The position numbers and the translations under genes are program-made. Shown here in pieces: positions 11,741-22,118 of a stretch of DNA of 64,000 nucleotides. Positions within the stretch are counted from its first letter, which is position 1, and each line of letters starts with the position of its first letter. The notes under the pieces were generated by a model. That model was not told where the DNA came from. It was given only the letters and a program-made list of their open reading frames with translations, and ran no database searches. This DNA is from Octopus bimaculoides (lineage: Eukaryota): positions 47,426,802 to 47,490,801 of the forward strand of contig NC_068987.1 of the NCBI RefSeq assembly GCF_001194135.2, written 5' to 3'.

Positions 11741-13807
11741 ATGGCTCATTCACCCAAATCTCACTATGAAAACAACCTGACAATTACAGAACAGTATCTT
11801 GTTAAAAACAATATTACATCTAAAGCTATTTCCGGTGTTCTGCTTTATTAATTCCCTTTAATCATTGTCAACTACCTTTGAGTTACCACTATCCATAACA
11901 TAGTAAGAATACTATGAAATATGCATATCCTTGTTGTTACTCGATGTAAATATTGGGGGGAAATCTCCAGAAGTAGAACAAATCTGATAACTGACCATGT
12001 AAGTTGAACCTTCTTTTCTTTAACTATCAATATTAAATTAGTTATAACGATGATGGTAGTTTGTAATTACTTTAAAATAGCTTAGTGCCCGTAAAATGCT
12101 TAGTGCTTAACTAGAGTAAGTTATTAACCCATATGGACTACTGAGCACATTTTATGAAAATGTGACTACCATGCATATATAAAAAAGAAGTTAAAATATC
12201 TGGCAAATTTTACATCATCTGAAAAGTCATTAGTTGAACTATTAGTCCTCTTGCATTCTGAGGAGTATCGGAGCGTTTGGGTGACATTAGACCCTAACAA
12301 ACGCAACATAAATCAAATGCATCTATCTGGGCTACAATCGTGGCCTATCGATCGACCTGTGCCTATCGATCGACCCGTCACGCTTTATTTGTTAACTGGC
12401 TTACAAATTACAAAATAATATTAGCTACTGGCAGATTTTGTTTCTTCTTCGCTGCATAATTATTTTGGCGAAGGTAAATAATACGCACACTAGGAGGTTA
12501 AGGTTACGCTGAAAACGGGTGGTATATGTGTATTCTTTACCTCAGCCATTATTTTCCCTTTAATACTTAAAATAGCTTAGTGACACACAATGGATATATA
12601 CACCTAATAGGCATTTTGTGACATTCGTTCGTTATACCGCGCACAGTTCTGAAAAATTCCTTCAAATAGGACCAAAAGAATGCTGATTTCAGAAAAGCGG
12701 ATATTTTTTAATTAAATTTTCTACAAATACCTTTCAGATAGTATAGATTCCTGCACAATCTGAAAGGTATTTGTGTTAAATCTCACTAATAAAATATCAA
12801 GGGGATGTAATTCTATATTTACGTGCATGTATGTATGTTATGCATACGCATATAAACACACACATACACAAAAATACATAACCAAGCGATTCAGCTGAGG
12901 AAAAAAAAAAAATTACGGTAATTGCCGAACAAATAATTTCACTTTTAATAAACTTTCTGCAGCGAGGTTTGGGTTTCGTATATTACATATTTTCCTACAC
13001 ACATACAGAACAAAAGCCTTGCAAGCTTTTAGTTTGTTATTTGTACACATGCAAAATGAAAGCAGTCGTGATGTGACATGGTTGCAGAGAAGTATACGTA
13101 ACTTTTTCTTTTTCACATTTCCGGGATCTTTTTGGTTAATATTGACACATGTAGTTGTTGCCAATTTCAGAGCCACAATTTTTTTTGAGAAAGAAATTAG
13201 ATAATTTCTCAAAAAAAAAAAAAAAAAAAAAAAAGACGGTTCGAACTTTTAAAGATTGAAATTTTTAGTTGTAATTTTAACCAATCAATTCATTTTCGGC
13301 GATCGCACTTGCCATGTTATTGGTATGTATTCCCATAGCAGCCTGTTGATAGCATCATGGATCAGGGTTTGCCTGCATCGCAGAATTTCATCGTAATTTT
13401 TTTAATATATGTGCTTCTAAAGCTTTATAATGTTATCATTATGGTCAATATTTGGGGCTAATGCAGTTTCGCATCTCTCCTTGAAAAATGCATTTTTTTG
13501 AAAAAAATTTTCGGATCCCTACGTTTTAGATGTCGGAGATTACGGATATACAAACAAACAAAAAAATGTTAACCCCTCCCCCATTTAAAATTTTGAACTT
13601 TTGCGAAATATTTTCCCATATGTTTTAGATGACGAAGATTCCAAATATGCAAGAGACTACGTTTTCAAAATTTTTAATTCAATAAGCATATAGATATGTA
13701 TATAGGGCTTTCCTTAAGTAGGTTATCTCCCTTGGCTAGGCGGCGCTCCATGTAGATAATTAAACTTCCGGAGGCTAACCCACGCCATTGTTATTGTTTT
13801 ACGTCTT

Positions 13808-13926
13808 ATGGATATAAAGCAGCTTGATGATTCAGCTATCGAAGTACTTACTGTGCCTGAGTTAAAGAAATATTTAAGATTATATGGACAGTATGTTACT
13901 GGAAGAAAGGCGGACTTGATTGAAAG
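13808..13926 (+). pseudogene. SAP-domain exon of the transposon ORF (MDIKQLDDSAIEVLTVPELKKYLRLYGQYVTGRKADLIER)
   Basis: LTVxELKxxLxxxGxxxTGxKADLIER is the SAP consensus; donor AG|GTATAA at 13927 (read-through stops at 13960, 50 aa, below the ORF-track cutoff). Confidence 0.8.
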
Positions 13927-14872
13927 GTATAAAAATTCTGTCGATATGTCAACAAAGTAAATTCATCGGACGATACTTCAGACAGGAATAAGCAGAAGCG
14001 GCATAACTACAGGGTTTTATGCCGCTTCGGCATAACTACAGGGTTTTACCCCCCAGACTTTGGGAGGTCATAACTTTCAGAAAAATGAATATTTTTTAAT
14101 GAAATTTTCTATGCATATAGTATTTACTATGTAGAATCCGAATATAGAAAAATTTCCGGTGAAAGTGTTTTGGANNNNNNNNNNNNNNNNNNNNNNNNNN
14201 NNNNNNNNNNNNNNNNNNNNNNNNNNNNNNNNNNNNNNNNNNNNNNNNNNNNNNNNNNNNNNNNNNNNNNNNNNNNNNNNNNNNNNNNNNNNNNNNNNNN
14301 NNNNNNNNNNNNNNNNNNNNNNNNNNNNNNNNNNNNNNNNNNNNNNNNNNNNNNNNNNNNNNNNNNNNNNNNNNNNNNNNNNNNNNNNNNNNNNNNNNNN
14401 NNNNNNNNNNNNNNNNNNNNNNNNNNNNNNNNNNNNNNNNNNNNNNNNNNNNNNNNNNNNNNNNNNNNNNNNNNNNNNNNNNNNNNNNNNNNNNNNNNNN
14501 NNNNNNNNNNNNNNNNNNNNNNNNNNNNNNNNNNNNNNNNNNNNNNNNNNNNNNNNNNNNNNNNNNNNNNNNNNNNNNNNNNNNNNNNNNNNNNNNNNNN
14601 NNNNNNNNNNNNNNNNNNNNNNNNNNNNNNNNNNNNNNNNNNNNNNNNNNNNNNNNNNNNNNNNNNNNNNNNNNNNNNNNNNNNNNNNNNNNNNNNNNNN
14701 NNNNNNNNNNNNNNNNNNNNNNNNNNNNNNNNNNNNNNNNNNNNNNNNNNNNNNNNNNNNNNNNNNNNNNNNNNNNNNNNNNNNNNNNNNNNNNNNNNNN
14801 NNNNNNNNNNNNNNNNNNNNNNNNNNNNNNNNNNNNNNNNNNNNNNNNNNNNNNNNNNNNNNNNNNNNNNNG

Positions 14873-15087
14873 AAAGCAAAGCAACAGTTAAGGAGTGGCA
14901 TATTTTACCACGACAGACACGTACACAGCATCGAATACTACGATGTGAGTGAAAGCTGCTCTCACTGTATTGTCCGGTGTCTGGTAATCCCTTCGATACC
15001 GACATCAAACCCAAAAAAGAATCCTGACCACAGAGTGTGGGTAATTATGTCACTGGCAATGTGCATTCAGCTGATTGCAACTGTTAA
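14873..15087 (+). pseudogene. SWIM-like zinc-finger remnant of the same ORF
   Basis: KAKQQLRSGIFYHDRHVHSIEYYDV...HCIVRCLVIPS...DHRVWVIM, then frameshifted VTGNVHSADCNC*, which resembles the first half (GxVxxAxCxC) of a SWIM finger. Confidence 0.6.
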
Positions 15088-16453
15088 AGCAAGTCACTGA
15101 GCATGCGTACATGTCATACGGGAGAGTTCCAATCAGGGGTGGATAACACCTTATAGGAAAACCCTATAAAGAGGTAGATATGAATGTCTTCCTGGGACTA
15201 AAAACAACAGTAACATCGCATTTATGGTTTTCATAAGACTGCGTACGGAAAGCAAAAACAGCGGTTTCTGTAATGTCACCAGAAAGCCGGTGGGGGGTTA
15301 AGAATGAAGGAATATGATTGGTTAAAATTACAATTTTAATCTTCACAGGTTTGTAACTTTAATTTCTCCCCAAAATAGTTGTAATTTTGCTAATTGATAT
15401 GCAAATTTACATCTGTATAGAAATGTTCAGCGTTGTTTGGTTTTATGCTTCAGAAAGTGAAACTACTGAAGACGGCAAAGATCGTCTTTTGCCGGAAACT
15501 CGGCATTAAAAAGGAAGTGAAAGAATTTTCTTAGAAATGAAATAAACCTGATACAAATTTGATGTAACAAAATGATAATAATAGACTAGAAGACTGTCAA
15601 AGATATTCAACTGCTAATCAACAACACTAAGTTCTACAAGGAACTTTATGAAACGCATTGGTTCATTACAGCCACACCACTGAATTATGAATTAATCCCA
15701 AAGATCCAAGAGAGTTAATTATACTTTCAATGTTCATATTAATTCAGATATCCTGTACGTTATAATTCCTCTCAGTCAATTCATGAGTCCAACAAGAGTG
15801 TGTTGAAAAAGATTTTATTTTACAGCTGGATGCAATTCTTGGCACCATTCTCCAGCTGTTTCCAAGTGAGATGATAATCCCCACATCTATCAAATGACTT
15901 GCTTGTGTTGAGAACTAGAAACAAATGACACCGAAGTGTGCTTTTTGTTTAGGAAGATCATGCTACTTGTTGAGATGTGTTATAAACCTGAGCATATTTT
16001 CATTGTGCGCTGCAAGCAACCTACAAGTGATAAAAGGAAATATGAAACCATACACAAACACTCATTACGGGTTTCTTTCAGTTTCTCTACCAAATCTATT
16101 CCCAAGATTTTAATCAGCCCAGAGCTGGAGTAGAAGTTCCTTGCTCATGCAGTGGGACTGGAACTGAAACCCTGTCAATGGGAAGTGAACTTCTTAACAA
16201 CATAGCTGCGCTTGTCTTGTAACAGGGCCAGCCATTTCTTCTACACATGCATTGTTTTAATACAAACTTCAATTTGAAGAAGAAAATAACAAAAAGTAGT
16301 TCAGTTTCATTGATTACTTTTATTTTATTATGCCAGTCTCTCCTGACTTCAGTAAATTCACTTTCTGGATCATAGAATGAAACATCAAATCAAAAAATAT
16401 CTCATTTCAAATTTTGAAAATTAATTTGAGTAAGTTTTTTTTGCACAATTGTA

Positions 16454-17691
16454 TTAGGTTGTTCTGAAAATAATGGCCAATTTCAGAAACATTTTATTTT
16501 GGAAAAATTAACAAGAGAAATGTTTTGATTAGTCAAAGTATGAGCCGTGAGCATCTATGCCATCGATCAACAAGATTATTTATAAGATGATAAAAGCTTA
16601 TTAGCTTTGATGCAAAGAAATCTTTGAAAGCTGATTCCACCTTTGGTTTGGACCTGAAAGTTTTATCATTTAAAAACTGGTAGTCAGTGGATTGAAAGAT
16701 CAAGAGAATATGGAGGATGTGATAAAGTCTCGTATCCCAAGTCTGTGAGTTTCTGCAGTGTCATTCTTGCAACATGTGGCTTTGCATTATTGTGGAGCAG
16801 AATTGAGCCACTCCCATTCACCAATGCAGGTCTCATTTTTTGCAAGTGAGCATGCATTTCAACGAGTTCATTGCAGTAAACCTCTGCTGTAATGCTCTTA
16901 TTGGCTCCAGAAAGCTGTAATGGACAACACCAATTGCAGACCACCAGACAGTCACCATAATCTTTTGGTGATGCAACTTTGACTTGTGGAAATGTCTGGG
17001 GGACTCATGATCAAGCCATTGACCTGATCATTTACGGTCATCATAAAGGATCCATCATAAGTGACTATTCTGTCAAGAAAAGGATCATTGGTCTTTTGCA
17101 GAAAGAGCATCAAGCGCACTTCAAAACACCAAACTTTTTGACTTTCATTGAGCTCATGTGCTACCCATTTATTGAGCTTTTTCACCTTACCAATCTTCTG
17201 CAGATTGCGTGAGACCATTGCAATACCGACACCAAATGCCTGAGACATTTCTCTAACACTTGACATGGGTTTTGTTCAACCATTGCTTTCAATTGTTCAT
17301 TGTCAAGACTGCATGACCATCCTCTACCTTCTTCATCTTCAAGGCTCTCGTCACCAATATGGAATTTCTGAAACCACTTTTGTACTGTGCGATCACTTGT
17401 GAACCTCTCTCCCAGTGCTCTGTTGATATTGGCAGCAGTTTGGGAGGCATTGTGCCCAAGCTTGAACTCATGCAAGAAAAGTAAGCGAAGGTCCTTTTTT
17501 GTCATGTTCATAATTAAGGGCGCTTATGCTTCACGAATGTTTTCTATCTGAAATAAGTAGAAAATTATTAAAGAGCATACATCAATTATTAAGTATGTTG
17601 AAATTCACCTAAAATATAATTAAAATACTATGATAAAATTGCATTTCAAAACACAACACTTAGAGCAGCCATTATTTTCAGAACAACCTAA
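16454..17691 (-). mobile_element. Full-length decayed mariner (Hsmar1/cecropia-like), 1238 bp
   Basis: TIRs TTAGGTTGTTCTGAAAATAATGGC at both ends with TA duplications (16452-53, 17692-93); transposase remnants HEFKLGHNAS, WVAHELNE, FLDRIVT, NAKPHVA, PYSLDLS. Confidence 0.92.
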
Positions 17692-19227
17692 TAATAATCG
17701 TTTTTTTTTCATATAAGCCAAAAAATAGCACAACTATACAAATAAGTACTTCTCAGAAATTTTTACCCCATGCCACACTTTAATTTTGCAGAAAACAAAG
17801 TGCACTTACCATGAACAAAGTATATATCATCATCTTTTATTTTTATTTCTAATGAAGCTAAAAGCAAGTTTCTCTAAAATTATATTTCTGTATCATTCAC
17901 TGCATTCACCTCTATCCATCTCCTTTTGCACATCTGCAAACTTACCTACCCACTTATCTTGTCCAATCACTTGTACTACTTTTCTTATAGTCACCCTCCT
18001 AAGACTAGGGAGTACAACCTGATACCTCTTCACCACCTTCTCTCATTTTAATCTTGGGTAACTATGTATCTCCTCTGCAGCAAAACACCTATTCCTTGCC
18101 CTCTATCATACTTTAACCTCTCATTAGCTTGCATAAAGCCGCCTCCTTCAATACTATATCACACTCAGTTGAGGAGTCTTGTCTTGTATGTTACTAGATG
18201 ACTTCACTAGTGCCAGTATCTTGTAAAAAGCTGTCAGTACACTCTGTAAAGTGGTTAGTATTAGGAAGGGCATCAAGCCATAGAAACCATGCCAGACAGT
18301 GGTACTTGCTATAGTCCTCTGTACTGCCAGCTGCTGTTGAACTATCCAACCTATGCCAGCATGGAAAACATGTTAAATGGTGATGATAATGATCTTTTAA
18401 CATCCTTTATCTATTCTGGCATGCATGGGATGTTTTGACAGGATCCAGTGGATTGAAGGACTGGATGTCCTTTCTAATGCCAACCATTTTACAACATACT
18501 GGGTACTTTTGTTATGGTACCATCACTAGTGCAGCTATCATGTAGCTTGCAAGACTAAGCTCCCCTTTGACTGAGTGGGGCTACAGTTGAGAAGGATATG
18601 GCTTTATACTTGGAAATAGGATTTAAAAAAATAACAGAACAGGATTCTTACTGTTGAAGAAGTACATGGCTACTCACATAGAAAAGTGAACGGGAAGTTT
18701 TAATTAAAAGTTTATTGCAAGATTTATTAATTTTTACTTAGACCCCATTCTGAAGTCCCACATTCCACCAAAATATTGCCATGCTCTACTTTGAGGAACA
18801 GGTCTTAAAATAAATTTAAATACTTTCTCACTAGTCACCCACAGTCTGCCTCTTCTGTTTGTTGTAAAACTTCAAAACTTAGTTTGTAGAATCTTTTTGT
18901 AGTAAGGATTCTCTGGTGTTCCATAGTGAAATCATGTCAAGTGGGAGAGGGGAGTAAGGCTTTGTTAAATAGATTTAAATTTTATAAGAATGGAGTTTCT
19001 AATTTTGTTGTACTCCCAATTTCTGACTATTATTTGTGCTTGTTTATTTCCACTTCAGAGTAATTGGTGTATATCTCCTTTGAACTAGCCAAGCAGTTGC
19101 TGTGATCATTTGAAAACCATACCATTTTGGACGTCTTGAGGAAGTAGTCTTAATTGTTTTGACTTTAAGTTTGGGAGATTTTCAGTTTCTCCCTTCATCA
19201 TAAAATCTCTTGACCAGATAATCAGCA

Positions 19228-20155
19228 ATGTGGTTTGTTTCTTTCTTAATTTTCCACTTCTTCTTGCAACAAGGTGTATGCATCAACCCATTGTGTTATA
19301 TAATGGACTGCTGTGATCAGGACATTATTTTGAATTCACAACAGTTAAGAACTGACCTTAAAAGTATGCTTCATGGTCAACATTTAGCATGGGGAGCAAT
19401 TGCTAATCATATCATTTCCCACTTTTTGGAGCAGACACCCAGGAAAGCTTTAGTACTGTCATTTCATGGAGAGACTGGGACAGGTAAAAATTATGCAAGT
19501 GAAATCGTAGTTAAAAATTTGTACCGTTCTGGGATAAAAAGTAATTTTGTGCATATTTATCATGCAGCAGTACATTTCCCTCATGTGTCCATGTCTCAGA
19601 TTTACATTGAAAAGTTAAAGCATGAAATTAAAAATGCTGTTTATTTCTGTCCAAGGGCTGTTTTTATTTTTGATGAGTTTCATTTAATGCCACCAAAAAT
19701 TATTGACATTCTTCAAGTCTACTTAGATTTCCATGCTGAAGTGGATGGCATCGACTTCCGTAAAGCTGTATTTATATTTATNNNNNNNNNNNNNNNNNNN
19801 NNNNNNNNNNNNNNNNNNNNNNNNNNNNNNNNNNNNNNNNNNTGATATCAAATTACGAGACTTAGAATTCAGTATTGCACATACTTCACTCACTCAAAAG
19901 GGAGGTTTTTATGGTAGTGATCTAATTAAAAGTCATCTAGTGACTGCCTATATTCCATTTCTACCCTTACAGCGCACACATGTAAAACAATGCATCAATG
20001 ATGAAATGCAACGACGTAATCCTCACAAGATCTACAATGAAGAATTTATGGACAAAGTATTAATAGAATTACATTTTGTAAACGGTTTTTCAGAGACTGG
20101 CTGTAAACGTGTTTTTGAAAAAGTGGCTTTTGCTCTCATTAATGAAGATCTCTGA
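19228..20155 (+). CDS. TOR1-like: Torsin-family AAA+ ATPase (Torsin-1-like), single coding exon, spans a 61-N gap (19782-19842)
   Basis: Hydrophobic N-terminus; CxxxxCC; HGQHLA; Walker A SFHGETGTGKNY; Walker B FIFDE; DFRKAVFIF; DIKLRDLE; YIPFLPL; sensor-II GCK. The frame offset across the gap fits a mis-sized gap covering the roughly 20-24 aa expected there. Confidence 0.93.
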
Positions 20156-20390
20156 CGTTGATGGCTATTGCTCTATTCTCTATTTTTACCACTGAAGACA
20201 TATGAGAATATTTTACTGTTATAAGTCATTATCCTCAGCTTATGTTCCAAAGCAGACATCTCTCAACTGAATTCACTTCGTTGGAAAATCAATTTCACCA
20301 TCGACAATGCTGTTATTTGTATTAAAGTACTTTTTTTTTAAAGGTGTCGTGTTGTGCATCTTCTTTGACTTTTGTTCATGTGTATATATA

Positions 20391-21247
20391 CAAGGTATAG
20401 TCAAAAAGTATCTGACCTTTGGTGAAAAAACAAGTAATATTAAAAAAACTCACCATTTTGATTTAGTTTCCTTCAAAGTATTTGCCTTGGGAGTCTACAC
20501 ACTTCTGCTAGCATTCCTGCCACTGCTGGAAGCATTTCTGGAAATTACTTTTTGGGATGCTGTAGAGCTGTGCCATTGAATTTTGCTTAATGTCCTCTGT
20601 TGACACAAATCTCTCTCTCAGTGATTTCTTGAGCTTTGGGAATAACCAAAAGTCACATGGAGTAGGAGGCCTGACGAACAAGTGGTGTGTTTTGCTTGAG
20701 GAGGAACACTTAGATGGTGTGGGCAGAATGAGTGGGTGTGTTGTCATGGTGGGTTGCCAGTTCTTTGCTCCACACAGGTCAGGTCGTTTTCATAGATGGT
20801 CTTCATAGACTATTCCTTGAACCTTTGCAATCATTTCATCGTTTCTGCTAGTTGATGGTCTGCCACAATGTGGCTCACTGTCCACTGAGGTGCAGCTGTC
20901 TTTGAATCAGTTGTACAACTCCTTTATTTGTGTTTTTCCCATAGCAATCATCTCCGAAGGCCTTCTGAATCTTCTCGATAGTCTGGGCTTGCATATCACC
21001 AAGTTTTTGGCAGAATTTGATACAGTATTTTTGCCCAATGTGCTCTGTCATCTTGACTTAAAAGGAAAAGTCACACAGCACACTCTTCACGTCTGTACTC
21101 AATGTGTCACTGCAGGCAAATGGCACAACCTACAGACAAATATTTTTGCATATGCTCTGGCCTCCTAATACCCATGCAGATTTTGCTCACGCATTATTAT
21201 TTTGTGCAAAAAAGAATCAATGTCGGATACTTTTTGACTACACCTGG
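20391..21247 (-). mobile_element. Internally deleted mariner (irritans-like), 857 bp
   Basis: TIRs CxAGGTRTAGTCAAAAAGTATCYGAC at both ends; PCDFWLFPKLK...FQKCFQQWQEC remnant. Confidence 0.85.
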
Positions 21248-21284
21248 TGTGTGTGTGTGTGTATTTCTTTTACTCTTTTACTTG

Positions 21285-21632
21285 CTTCAGACTGTGACCA
21301 TGCTGGAGCACCACCTTTAGTCGAGCAAATCGACCCCAGGACTTATTCTATTGGTCACTTTTGCTGAACTACTAAGTTACAGAGATGTAAACACACCAGC
21401 ATTGGTTGTCAAGCAATGTTGGGGGGACAAACACAGACACACAAACATATACACACACATACATATATATACATATATACGATGGTTTTTTTTTTAATTT
21501 TCCGTCTACCAAATCCACTCACAAGGCTTTGGTTGGCCCAAGGCTATAGTAGAAGACACTTGCCCAAGGTGCCACACAGTGGGACTGAACCTGGAACCAT
21601 GTGGTTCATAAGCAAGCTACTTACCACACAGC
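21285..21632 (-). mobile_element. SINE with internal (CA/TA)n tract
   Basis: Minus strand GTGGTAAGTAGCTTGCTT...GGTTCAGTCCCACTGTGTGGCACCTTGGGCAAGTGTCTTCTACTATAGCC; further copies at about 37280-37630, 38150-38310, 39640-39775, 40940-41100, 41620-41760, 44720-44880, 58490-58590. Confidence 0.75.
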
Positions 21633-21689
21633 CATGATGCATTTATCTCCTGCAAGAATATTTAAACAATTTCCAATCCTTTCTAAAGG

Positions 21690-22118
21690 CATAAGACCTG
21701 AAACTTTGGTGGAGGGTATTAGTCGATCATATCGACCCTAGTATTTTACTGGTTCTTACTTTATTGACCTCGAAAGGATAAAAGGCAAAGTTGACCTTGG
21801 TGGAAATTGAATTCAGAATGTAAACAAGAACAAAATGTCACTAGGCATTTTGCATACCATGCTAACGATTCTGCCAGCTTTCTGTCCTAATAATAATTGT
21901 AATCCTTTCTCCTATAGGCACAAGGTCTAAAATTTTGGTGGGGGGATTAAGTCAATTACATCAACCTCAGTGCATAAATGGTACTTAATTCATTGACCCC
22001 CAAAAGAATGAAAGGCAAAGTCAACCTCAGCAAAATTTGAACTCAGAACGTAAGGACAGATGGAATGCTGCTAAGTATTTTACCCAGCGTGCTATCAATT
22101 CTGCCAGCTTGCTGCCCT
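21690..22118 (-). mobile_element. Two tandem CpG-depleted copies of the 1797-type SINE
   Basis: GTCAATTACATCAACCTC, AAAGGCAAAGTCAACCTCAGC (CpG to TpG/CpA relative to the 1797 copy). Confidence 0.75.

Larger units (their letters stand above)
13705..15164 (+). mobile_element. Internally deleted DNA transposon with imperfect TIRs (GGGYTTTCCT...GTTATC, about 35 bp) and TATA target duplication; encodes SAP and SWIM-like remnants
   Basis: TATA|GGGCTTTCCT at 13701-13714, AGGAAAACCC|TATA at 15155-15168; single TATA at the homologous empty site (10898-10901); contains gap 14175-14871. Confidence 0.75.

Noticed and set aside
14077-15100. 260-313 aa ORFs in the track
   Set aside because: Length comes from the N gap; only the post-gap SWIM-like part is credible.
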